The position numbers were made by a program, and so were the translations under genes. DNA of 64,000 nt, from contig JAAOYA010000008.1 of NCBI GenBank assembly GCA_018221105.1, forward strand, positions 1-64,000. The letters run 5' to 3'. The stretch comes from Candidatus Woesearchaeota archaeon. Its GTDB lineage: Archaea > Nanobdellota > Nanobdellia > Woesearchaeales > JAAOYA01. The notes beneath the pieces were generated by a model, which searched no databases, was not told the origin of the DNA, and saw nothing but the letters and a program-made list of their open reading frames with translations. Positions 8,892-17,700 of this stretch are shown piece by piece; position 1 is the stretch's first letter; every line of letters starts with the position of its first letter.

Positions 8892-10717
8892 AAAATATTA
8901 CTGTATTATCCTCAAAAAAATGTAATAATAGATGTTTAAATTGTCCGATAGACTTAGAAATCGGAATAAAAAGGCATGCTGACTCTTTTGATTTTATAAA
9001 AAATAAAATCAAATCTTTAAATCTAAAAAAAGATGATGAGGTTACTCTTAGTGGAGGAGAACCAACAATAAACAAAGCATTTATAAAAATTGTTATATAC
9101 CTCCAAAATAAGTTTAATAAAGTAAATATCTTAACCAATGGAAGATTATTAAGTAATTCTGTTTTTTTAAAAAAAATACAAAAATATTTTAATAAAAAAA
9201 AAATTTTTTTTCATATCTCTTTGTATAGCACGAATCCTGAAATAAATAATAAACTAACCCGGTCTAATAGTTTAAATCAAACTTTAGAAGGTATTAAAAA
9301 ATTATCTTTAAATAGTTTTAATTTTAAAATACGCATCCCTATATTAAGAAGTAATAGTTATTCATTATATGTAACTATTAACAAATTGAGCAAGTTATAT
9401 CCTTTTACAGAGTTCGTTTTTATTTATCCTGACATAATGGGAGAACTAAAGAAAAACAAAAAAGAAGTTCTCAAAATAAATGATCTAAAAATATTGTTCT
9501 CGACTTTTGATTATTTGATTAATAATAACATAAGATTCTTCATATATCACTTACCGTTTTGTTTATTACCCTATAAGTATTGGGGGTATTTATTAAAATC
9601 AAAATCAGACATTCGATTAGTTAATTATAGTAAATGCCTAACTTGTCATTTAGAAGATATTTGTCCCAAGATTTCCAAAACTAATAAAGTATTAATTAAT
9701 CAAGATGAATTGACTTCTTTTTCAAAAAAAGACATTCGCGACTATATAAAAAAAAATGGTTTTTTCTATAGACTTAAACCATTAGAAAAAAAAATTGATT
9801 CATTTCAACTAAGTAAAGTTCAAGAAATAAATTCATCGTTTCCTGATGTTTTAGCAGTTTCAAAAAATATAAAACCCTTAACAAGGATCTCTTTTAATAG
9901 TTTGTCAAGGGTTAAAATTATTGAAAAAGTACTTCCTAAAGATATTCTTCTTAGTTTTAGTAAGCTTAAAATTTTGCACAATAATTCAGAAAGCTTTAAC
10001 ATAAATGATCCTAGGAATGGATTAGTTGATATATACTCTAAAAGAAAAGGGACCATTTATGGTTACTTATCCAAATCTTCCTCTCTTTTAGAGTTTACTT
10101 CAAAAAATGATCCTGAATTAGAATTAAAGCCTTCCTATAATGAAGTAAAAAATTTTGCTTCTAATTTAGGCTATCCTTCTTGTTGTGTTGAATACTGGTT
10201 AAAAAAAGAAAATATTCATATTGATATGGCAACTTTTTTTTCTAAAGAAAAAAAGTCCTTTTTATTTAACAATTTCTTAGTTCCCTATTCCAATTATTAT
10301 CTTAGTTTCCACCATCCTTGTAGTTATGAATGCAAAAAAACTTTATTATACAACAAGAGAATATATAATTCAATAAAAAAATATAATGAAAATTTTGGAG
10401 TAGAGATTAAGAAAGTTTTAACAAAACCCCTTCTAATATTATTAAATTCTAAAGAACGTTCTACCTGGGAAACATTAGATAGTAGGCTCACTGTAATTTT
10501 TAATGGAATTCAAATTAAAAACAAAATATACTATTATGGCTTCTATTTTTTTGAAGAAGCATATAAAAAGAATCAATTCCACTATTTTAAAGATATCTTA
10601 TTAAAGTCTAATAATATTTTTCTTGACAATGAAAAGATTTATTTTTATTTAAATGATAAATTAATAAATGAAAAAAAATTGGTAGGTGAAAAAGTATACA
10701 TGTTAGATTTTGACTAA
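8888..10717 (+). CDS. HxsC-like radical SAM domain fused to DUF483-like domain
   Basis: CNNRCLNC, SGGEPT, PFC, CLTCHLEDIC. The C-terminal half has LGYPSCCV and HHPCSYECK. Confidence 0.75.
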   Translation: MKNITVLSSKKCNNRCLNCPIDLEIGIKRHADSFDFIKNKIKSLNLKKDDEVTLSGGEPTINKAFIKIVIYLQNKFNKVNILTNGRLLSNSVFLKKIQKYFNKKKIFFHISLYSTNPEINNKLTRSNSLNQTLEGIKKLSLNSFNFKIRIPILRSNSYSLYVTINKLSKLYPFTEFVFIYPDIMGELKKNKKEVLKINDLKILFSTFDYLINNNIRFFIYHLPFCLLPYKYWGYLLKSKSDIRLVNYSKCLTCHLEDICPKISKTNKVLINQDELTSFSKKDIRDYIKKNGFFYRLKPLEKKIDSFQLSKVQEINSSFPDVLAVSKNIKPLTRISFNSLSRVKIIEKVLPKDILLSFSKLKILHNNSESFNINDPRNGLVDIYSKRKGTIYGYLSKSSSLLEFTSKNDPELELKPSYNEVKNFASNLGYPSCCVEYWLKKENIHIDMATFFSKEKKSFLFNNFLVPYSNYYLSFHHPCSYECKKTLLYNKRIYNSIKKYNENFGVEIKKVLTKPLLILLNSKERSTWETLDSRLTVIFNGIQIKNKIYYYGFYFFEEAYKKNQFHYFKDILLKSNNIFLDNEKIYFYLNDKLINEKKLVGEKVYMLDFD

Positions 10718-11636
10718 AATGATGGCTAATAATAACAAAGTATTAGAGTTGCATTTAACAAATAACTGTAATAATAATTGTGAATTTTGTTCTTTTGGAG
10801 AAAAAGAAGATCGGGATATTGACTTAAAAGTTTTGGATGAAATATTGTCTAAAGAAAAAATTAATAAAATCGCTCTTTCTGGTGGAGAGCCAACTATTTC
10901 AAAAAAAATTTTTCAAGTTTTAGAATACTTAAAAAATAAAAGATATTCTGTCGGAGTAGCAACAAATGGTAGGATGTTATCCAACGATGCTTTTTTTAAT
11001 AAATTAAAAGATTACAATATTAATCACTTCTATGTTAGTCTTTTATCTTATAAAAGAGAAACTCATGATAAATTGACAAGAACAAAAAATAGTTTTGATC
11101 AAACAATGAAAGGAATTAAGAAATTAGTAAAAAATAATCAAAAGATAATTATTGATTACGTGATAACTAAAGATAATGTTAAAGATTTATATGAAACAGT
11201 AAAAATGATTCATGATATGTCGCCAAAAATTATGGTTAAGTTAAGGCTTGTAGAACCTGTTGGTTTTGCTAAAAAAAAAATTTCTTCATTGTTTCCCGCA
11301 CTAAGATTATTAGAAGAAGAATTAAGTAAAATAAAAAGTTATTCAAATAAAAAAAATGTTAAGGTTCTGGCAATACCTCTTTGCTTGTTTAATTCAAAAT
11401 TAATAAATTCAGATTATGATTACATTAAACAAAATTTAGATGATTTTTCTTTGTTTAAACTAAGTGATGAAAATATTAAAAAAGTCAAAATTAAAGAAAA
11501 CTTTTTAAAAAAAGTTGATTTTTGTGCAAGTTGTCGCCTAAGAAAAAGATGTGTCGGTATTTATACTGATGTTGAAGATGAATTTATTAATTTTTTTAAA
11601 AATAAGAAATTAACAAAAAATGATTATGAAAAATAA
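10710..11636 (+). CDS. HxsC-like radical SAM protein
   Basis: CNNNCEFC, SGGEPT, ATNG, PLC, CASCRLRKRCVG. Confidence 0.85.
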   Translation: MTKMMANNNKVLELHLTNNCNNNCEFCSFGEKEDRDIDLKVLDEILSKEKINKIALSGGEPTISKKIFQVLEYLKNKRYSVGVATNGRMLSNDAFFNKLKDYNINHFYVSLLSYKRETHDKLTRTKNSFDQTMKGIKKLVKNNQKIIIDYVITKDNVKDLYETVKMIHDMSPKIMVKLRLVEPVGFAKKKISSLFPALRLLEEELSKIKSYSNKKNVKVLAIPLCLFNSKLINSDYDYIKQNLDDFSLFKLSDENIKKVKIKENFLKKVDFCASCRLRKRCVGIYTDVEDEFINFFKNKKLTKNDYEK

Positions 11637-12999
11637 TATAAAAATAGTTTTGGTTAGTCTAAATTATACTAGTAGATCTCTTGGTTCTGCTACTCCTTCT
11701 ACTGCTTTGGCTTATCTGTCTACTTTTTTAAGAAAAAAAGGATATGATGTGTCTTGTATTGATATTAACCACTTCAAAGAAGTTTTTGATTATTTAAGAG
11801 AAAAAAATATTACTAAAGCAATAAAAAGGATATCTAAAAAAGTAAGTTCTTTAGACCCTTTTTTAGTAGGTATAAGCTCTTTTTCTTCTACTATAACCTT
11901 TGCTATGGAATTGGCTAAAGAAATTAAATTAAACAATAAAAGCATTTACACAGTTTTAGGTGGTGTTGGTGCAGCTACTAAACCAGAACTAATATTAAGA
12001 GAATGTGAGAATCTAGATTTTATAATTAAAGGTGATGGTGACTCCTTTCCTTTATTAATTAATTCTCTGTTTCAAAGAAAAAAAATCGGGAATGTGAGCG
12101 GTGTTTGTTATATTAAAAATGGTAAGTATATAAAAAATAATGATTTATCTGTAGGTAAAGAAATTAACAATACTATCTTTGATTATGAAAGTTTTATAGA
12201 ATTACAAAGAATCACTCCTGGAATAACTACCTCTAGGGGTTGTATGTTTAAGTGTTCTTATTGTTCTGTCAATGTGGTACATACAAAATGTTTTCAATTA
12301 AAATCTGATATTGTTTTAAAGCAAGTTAATAAATTGATTAATATGTATTCTCCGAAAAATCTTCTTTTCCAAGATGATTCTTTACTAAATAATAAAATCT
12401 ATTTTAAAAAATTGATATCTAAACTACCCAAAAACTCTGCTGATTTTGCACTTTACGCGAGATTAGACCAAGTTAATCATGAAATAATAAAAGATTCGTA
12501 TGATTCTAATTTTCATAAGATCATGATGGGTATTGAAAGTTTTAATCCTATAAATCTCGCTTTTTTTAATAAGTCAATACCTTTAGAAAAGCTTTTTTCA
12601 ACTTTAAATTTATTAGATAAGTTTAATTTTAAAACAGAATTATCTTTTATTATAGGTACTCCTTATGATACTAAAGAATCTTTAGAGATAGAAAGAAAAG
12701 AGATTGAAAAAATAAAAATGAATCATTCTTCAAATGTAAAAATAGAACATAATATTTTAATTGCGTATCCGGGTACTAAGTTGTGGAATATGTATGAAAA
12801 TAAAGAAATAAGTCTTTTTAAAGCATTTGACATATTTAAAAAAGACGAGAAATTGAGTAAATACTCTTCTAACCCTTTTTTTTCTCCTTTTAATTTTGTC
12901 TTCGAAAATAAAAAAGTTCCCTCTCATATATTTAGAAATTATTTATTAGAGCATTTAAGAGAAATATCAAATATTACAAAAAGAATAAATCACAAATAA
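11620..12999 (+). CDS. Cobalamin-binding radical SAM protein (class B methyltransferase-like)
   Basis: N-terminal B12-binding fold (LAYLSTFLRKKGYDV, VGIS, VLGG), TSRGCMFKCSYC, GIES, YPGT. Confidence 0.85.
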   Translation: MIMKNNIKIVLVSLNYTSRSLGSATPSTALAYLSTFLRKKGYDVSCIDINHFKEVFDYLREKNITKAIKRISKKVSSLDPFLVGISSFSSTITFAMELAKEIKLNNKSIYTVLGGVGAATKPELILRECENLDFIIKGDGDSFPLLINSLFQRKKIGNVSGVCYIKNGKYIKNNDLSVGKEINNTIFDYESFIELQRITPGITTSRGCMFKCSYCSVNVVHTKCFQLKSDIVLKQVNKLINMYSPKNLLFQDDSLLNNKIYFKKLISKLPKNSADFALYARLDQVNHEIIKDSYDSNFHKIMMGIESFNPINLAFFNKSIPLEKLFSTLNLLDKFNFKTELSFIIGTPYDTKESLEIERKEIEKIKMNHSSNVKIEHNILIAYPGTKLWNMYENKEISLFKAFDIFKKDEKLSKYSSNPFFSPFNFVFENKKVPSHIFRNYLLEHLREISNITKRINHK

Positions 13000-13498
13000 A
13001 TTTCCAATCATCTATTATTTCTGCAAAATCTTGGTATTGACAAACTCGAGTATCATTATTTAAAACTTTATTCTTAAATTCTTTATTTATTGTTAAAGAA
13101 CAAAAAGTTTTTTCTTTGTCGCTTAATTTATCTTCATAACATAAATTTATGTCATTTGCAGAAATTGCTTCACATAAAATTTTTCCAGTTTCCAAAGAGA
13201 TTTGTTTACATTCAAAGTTCTGAGTTGAAATAAATTTTATTAAGTAAAAAACAAATTCGCATTCTTTAACATCTCTCTCAGTATATTTATTCAATTCTGC
13301 GCATTTGGATATATCATTAGTTATTACTGATTCTTTTAAAAAATTTAATTTAGCTTGGCTGGCTATAGCGTCTTGTTTATAGATTTTAGAAGAGCTATAA
13401 TTTTCTTCTTTTTCGTATATAAAATTAAAAGAAAAATATGATATTATTAATACTATTAAAATTCCTACAATCAATATCAGATTTTTTATTTTTTTCAT
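12974..13498 (-). CDS. Membrane-anchored protein with short Cys-pair repeats
   Basis: N-terminal hydrophobic helix, then four Cys pairs (DISKC..KEC, FEC..LC, DINLC..FC, DTRVC..IC). Starts 9 nt after the precursor stop. Confidence 0.75.
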   Translation of the reverse strand: MKKIKNLILIVGILIVLIISYFSFNFIYEKEENYSSSKIYKQDAIASQAKLNFLKESVITNDISKCAELNKYTERDVKECEFVFYLIKFISTQNFECKQISLETGKILCEAISANDINLCYEDKLSDKEKTFCSLTINKEFKNKVLNNDTRVCQYQDFAEIIDDWKFICDLFFL

Positions 13499-13507
13499 TT
13501 ATTTTAC

Positions 13508-13834
13508 TTAATCAAAATAAAATGCTGCCGAGTTATGGCTTCCGTGACTACCATGACTACCATGACTACCATGACTACCATGATCGTGCTGGTGTGTTCC
13601 AGCAACGTTTGGAGGAGTATTATAATTTATTCCTGAAGTGTTACAGTGTTCGTGATGTGTAGTAGCATCATTTCCAAGAGTTGTTGGAGGGCATGCTGCT
13701 TGCACTTGCAATGCTGAGACTGCGGCAACACTCAAGAAAATACCTGTTTTTAATAGTGCTTCCTTGCTAATTTTTCCTTCTTCACGCGTAAGAAAAGATT
13801 GTACTTTTTTTTTTATTTTTGGAAGTTTCAACAT
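13508..13834 (-). CDS. hxsA: His-Xaa-Ser repeat precursor peptide (HxsA-like)
   Basis: C-terminal HQHD(HGS)5HNSAAFYFD, directly downstream of HxsB. Basic then hydrophobic N-terminal leader. Confidence 0.9.
   Translation of the reverse strand: MLKLPKIKKKVQSFLTREEGKISKEALLKTGIFLSVAAVSALQVQAACPPTTLGNDATTHHEHCNTSGINYNTPPNVAGTHQHDHGSHGSHGSHGSHGSHNSAAFYFD
13547..13582. repeat. Perfect 9-bp tandem repeat (ACTACCATG)x4 encoding His-Gly-Ser
   Basis: Read directly. Two further degenerate units extend the HxS tract to 13529. Confidence 0.95.
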
Positions 13835-13855
13835 TTTAAACGTTAAGTACTTAAA

Positions 13856-15229
13856 TTATTGCAGTTTTTCTTTTATAAAGTTTTCTTTTACTACCCAATC
13901 AAACTGTTTCATGTAAATTTTACACCTGTCAGTCTCGGATATTTTTGCTATTATGCTACCTTGTTCTGAATAATTACAAACTGGGCAAACACCACAGTAT
14001 GGTTTGTAAGCGCAACTATTACAAGTGTATTGATCATTTATTGAAGCTGCGCTTGTAGCACAGGCATTATCGCAAGTGAGCACTTCTTTATAATTATTTT
14101 CGTGCACGTTACCCAGTAAGAACAAGTCCTCAGTTAGTGTTCTTGCTTCATCACACGTATAAATATCTCCATTATACTGATACGCTAATTGTCCTATTGC
14201 AGCACCGCAAGGGCTTCTTAGCTCTAAATAGTTAGGTTCGAACTCAGTGCTTATCTTTTGAGTCATTAATCGTACCATTCGTTCATTGACAAAAACATCT
14301 TTTTTCTGTAATTCTTTGATGTACTCGACTCCTTTTTTCCAAAAGGCTAAGTATTCTTTTGCTGTGTAGCTAATAGCAGGCCAAGCTTTTTTTGCAAGGC
14401 CTAAATTGTTCAAAAATCTCAAGTGCACATCAAAAATTCCAAGCTTTACATATTCATCAATAATCTCTTTATGGTATGAAAGACTTTTTTTTGTAAGTGT
14501 TAATATGGCGTTTGCTCTACGATTAGAAATGTTTCTTTTTTCATATTCTTTATTGAATTTTTTTATCCATTTGATTACAGCGTCATAGTTACTGCCACCA
14601 GAATATTTTCTATTATGATCATGCAATTCTTTAGGGCCATCTAAAGAAGTGCATACGCTAACATTATTGTTAATTAAATAATTCATTTTTTGTTCATTCA
14701 TTACTGAAAAATTAGTGACTACTGTAAAAAGAACATTCTTTTTTGCTTTTTCGTTTTTTTTGTTTGCGTATTCTACAATATATTTTAAGACATCCCAGTT
14801 AAGAAATGGTTCTCCACCTTGAAATTCAATAGTAATATTATTGTTTGGGGATTGGAATATGAAATCAACTGTTTTTTTGGCTGTTTCTTTTGTCATGTCA
14901 AAAGATTTGTCAGCCATTGATTTGGCAGTAGCGTGACAGTAAACACAATTCATGTTGCAACGCAGTGTTATGACTATTATATGCAGTGAAGTTCCAAAAA
15001 ATAAGAAGTTATTGCGGTTTCTCAGTAATCTTACTGCTTCATCAATATTTGTTTTGTCAAGCAGTATTTCTCTTTCTAATAATTTTTCTTTTAGTTTTGC
15101 GTCAATATTATTTTGCTGCAATTTTTTGAATTCGTTTTCTGATAGAATACTATAACTTCCATGGTCTGTTGTCACAAAATATTTATCATCTAATTTTCTC
15201 ACTCTATAATTGTTTATTGTATAAGTCAT
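13856..15229 (-). CDS. hxsB: His-Xaa-Ser system radical SAM/SPASM maturase HxsB
   Basis: TSLHIIVITLRCNMNCVYCHA, IEFQGGEP, LRSPCGAAIGQLAY...GDIYTCDE, CNSCAYKPYCGVCPV. Confidence 0.92.
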   Translation of the reverse strand: MTYTINNYRVRKLDDKYFVTTDHGSYSILSENEFKKLQQNNIDAKLKEKLLEREILLDKTNIDEAVRLLRNRNNFLFFGTSLHIIVITLRCNMNCVYCHATAKSMADKSFDMTKETAKKTVDFIFQSPNNNITIEFQGGEPFLNWDVLKYIVEYANKKNEKAKKNVLFTVVTNFSVMNEQKMNYLINNNVSVCTSLDGPKELHDHNRKYSGGSNYDAVIKWIKKFNKEYEKRNISNRRANAILTLTKKSLSYHKEIIDEYVKLGIFDVHLRFLNNLGLAKKAWPAISYTAKEYLAFWKKGVEYIKELQKKDVFVNERMVRLMTQKISTEFEPNYLELRSPCGAAIGQLAYQYNGDIYTCDEARTLTEDLFLLGNVHENNYKEVLTCDNACATSAASINDQYTCNSCAYKPYCGVCPVCNYSEQGSIIAKISETDRCKIYMKQFDWVVKENFIKEKLQ

Positions 15230-15230
15230 T

Positions 15231-15446
15231 TTAGATAATGTTCTCGTTTTTCATAAGTCCCAAAACATAGTTAGAAAACTCTTCTTTTAATGGCTCTTCT
15301 AATGGCTCTTTTTGTAATAATTCAATTCCGAATTCATCATCAAGTATTGTTATTTTTGCAATGTGTTCGAAATCCTTTATTGCTTGACTGATTGCTTTTT
15401 TATCATAGAAGTTTTTGTTAAGGACTAATTTAATCTTTTTTTTCAT
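15231..15446 (-). CDS. Short HxsD-like protein
   Basis: FYDKKAISQAIKDF...EEFSNYVL pattern parallels the adjacent HxsD-like gene. Tight operon spacing. Confidence 0.7.
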   Translation of the reverse strand: MKKKIKLVLNKNFYDKKAISQAIKDFEHIAKITILDDEFGIELLQKEPLEEPLKEEFSNYVLGLMKNENII

Positions 15447-15882
15447 CTTTTTGCCCGTATTTTTCTTCCCACGGTACGGCTATTCCTTCAGGGTCATCTA
15501 ATTCTTCATCGTCTTCTTCTAATTCATTTAATATCTCGTTATAATCTACTTCTTCATCATCATCCGGGATTATTGAAGGGTCATTTGTGAATAGCGCTCT
15601 TTGTAAAAGGTATTCCCTGATTGTTTTTGTTTGTGCTGCTCTGTGCTTATAATCAGCGTAATTTATTAATTCATTTAAAAATTCTCCGCCAAGCTTTTCT
15701 AAGTCTTGTTTTTGCTTAGGTTGTAATTTAACCAGTATTTCCTTTTTTAAATCACCATCTAATAACACGTATGCTTTATCTAAAAAAACGTATGCTGCAG
15801 AATAAATAATATCTAAAGGATAAAATTCAGGATTTACTTTAAGAACTACAGAACCATCTCTTACTTCTAATTTTTTATCCAC
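15430..15882 (-). CDS. hxsD: His-Xaa-Ser system protein HxsD-like with acidic tail
   Basis: FYPLDIIYSAAYVFLD...EFLNELINY...IREYLLQRALF. GTG start with a GGAGG ribosome-binding site. Confidence 0.75.
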   Translation of the reverse strand: MDKKLEVRDGSVVLKVNPEFYPLDIIYSAAYVFLDKAYVLLDGDLKKEILVKLQPKQKQDLEKLGGEFLNELINYADYKHRAAQTKTIREYLLQRALFTNDPSIIPDDDEEVDYNEILNELEEDDEELDDPEGIAVPWEEKYGQKDEKKD

Positions 15883-15893
15883 ATTAATCCCTC

Positions 15894-17063
15894 CTAACTG
15901 AACAATTTCATCAATAAAGTTTTAAATAATATTAAAAGGTTTCCTTTCACGATTACAGTCATCAAAACACCTAAGAATATTAAATGTGCAAATGGCATTA
16001 CTTGACTTACATTGATTGTCTTAAACCCTAATTTTTTAATAGTGTTGACTTGCTCTAGTGTTAGTCCTTCAGCTTCTTGCTTTATAAAAATCTCTTTTTC
16101 AGTAGAGTTCTTAGGCTTTGCGAGGTAATAACTGCCTTTTTGGTGTATTAATTGAAATGCAGGATTTTTTTTGAGAGTTTCTAATTCGCCCTCTGTCGGT
16201 CTGCGGTTTGTTTTTATGATATCATCACTTAATATCATTTTAGGCTTTAACTCATCAATGTTTAATTGTTTAGTGAATAGCTCACTTCCTAACTTTGATA
16301 AACTTCCCCTGAACAAACTCATCAAAAACTTCCAGGTGAACAAGAACATTAAAAAAGTTAGTAGAAAGTTCCAAGAGTATACTGATTTGTCAACGCTAAA
16401 ACGAATTATTGCAATTAAACTCATTAAATATATCATTTTATCGCCTAATTTTTTCTTAACATTTGAAAAAACAAGCATTGTAAGTACTAATCGTAACATA
16501 TAACTTTGTGATAATCCCATCATAGCTAGTAATAGTTCTAAAACCCAAAAAATTGCAAAAAAGGAAATGATAGATTCAATTAATGTCATTGGTTTGAAAA
16601 ACTCTTCTAAAAATTCTTTTAATACTTTTTTTAGGTCTTTAAAGCGTGTTTTAAAAAGTAATAATCCTAACATAAAAAATAAGCCTACAACAAAAATGTT
16701 TACTAATAGTGTTATTGATGGTATCCATTGTTGATATCCTGCTGAGTACACTGTTAATGGTAGTAATGCTGTGTATGCTATGAATAGTTTTCCGTCTCCT
16801 GCGCTCCATATGTTGTAGTGCCACAGCCCGTAGCCTATTAGTGTTGCGAATGTTATGTTAGTGATTAGTTCTAACACGTAAATAGTGTTAATGCCTGTTG
16901 TTAGATTGTAATAGATAATTAGTCCTATGTTGGTTATAATGGCGTAGATTATTGCCGATAAAATCCATTTGTTGCGTATCTTGCCAAATTTTATGTCTTC
17001 AATGCTTGTTATCGTGCCTAGGGCTAGTATTGCTGGCAAAAAAAACCATATGATATTTATCAT
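15894..17063 (-). CDS. A24 family prepilin/preflagellin peptidase, long polytopic form
   Basis: Both catalytic Asp motifs present (EDIK and AGDGK), C-terminal MPFA, multiple transmembrane helices. First gene of the hxs operon. Confidence 0.85.
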   Translation of the reverse strand: MINIIWFFLPAILALGTITSIEDIKFGKIRNKWILSAIIYAIITNIGLIIYYNLTTGINTIYVLELITNITFATLIGYGLWHYNIWSAGDGKLFIAYTALLPLTVYSAGYQQWIPSITLLVNIFVVGLFFMLGLLLFKTRFKDLKKVLKEFLEEFFKPMTLIESIISFFAIFWVLELLLAMMGLSQSYMLRLVLTMLVFSNVKKKLGDKMIYLMSLIAIIRFSVDKSVYSWNFLLTFLMFLFTWKFLMSLFRGSLSKLGSELFTKQLNIDELKPKMILSDDIIKTNRRPTEGELETLKKNPAFQLIHQKGSYYLAKPKNSTEKEIFIKQEAEGLTLEQVNTIKKLGFKTINVSQVMPFAHLIFLGVLMTVIVKGNLLILFKTLLMKLFS

Positions 17064-17115
17064 AATAGTACTGTGTTTAGAAACTTTTATATTATTTTTG
17101 TGTTGTTAATGCTTT

Positions 17116-17700
17116 ATGGTTGATCAAATGGGTAGTGGGGATTGTATTTTTTGCCAGTTGGCTAGTGGTGCGATGGATTCTAAGGTTGTATATGAGGATG
17201 ATGATTTCAAGGCCATTCTTGATATTTATCCTGCTAGTCCAGGTCACGTTCTTGTAATTCCTAAAGAGCATGTTGTATTGTTTAATCAGCTTTCAGAGTA
17301 TAAGACTCAGCGCTTGGGAGTGGTTGCTAAAATTGTTTCTGAGAAATTGTTCAAAGCTTTGAAGCCTCACGGATTGAATGTTTTTATTGCTAATGGTACT
17401 GTTGCTGGCCAGAAAGCGCCTCACATGATTTGTCATGTTATTCCTCGTTTTGAGGGTGATGGTTTGAACTTTAACCTTCCAGAAGGCACTGAAGTTGACG
17501 AAGAATCGTTTAGCAAAATTAAAGAGTTTTCAGTTAACGCGTGGGGCGAGGCAAAACCAGTAGAGACGCAGGCACCAATAACTGTTAGCGAATCTGAAGT
17601 GACGGCACCAGTTGTACAAGAGTCAATTGATGCTTTTGATGATGGTAAGGTTTCATTAGAAGCCATTAATAAATTGTATGAGGAGTCAGACAATGTGTGA
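17116..17700 (+). CDS. HIT-family protein with degenerate triad
   Basis: DCIFC, DIYPASPGHVLVIPKEH, GQKAPHMICHVIPR. Confidence 0.85.
   Translation: MVDQMGSGDCIFCQLASGAMDSKVVYEDDDFKAILDIYPASPGHVLVIPKEHVVLFNQLSEYKTQRLGVVAKIVSEKLFKALKPHGLNVFIANGTVAGQKAPHMICHVIPRFEGDGLNFNLPEGTEVDEESFSKIKEFSVNAWGEAKPVETQAPITVSESEVTAPVVQESIDAFDDGKVSLEAINKLYEESDNV

Noticed and set aside
13529..13582. Possible CRISPR or non-coding tandem repeat
   Set aside because: 9-bp in-frame coding units with no spacers.
13438..13662. Plus-strand ORF with (DYH)n repeat
   Set aside because: It is the antisense shadow of the hxsA HGS repeat. The minus-strand frame fits the operon.
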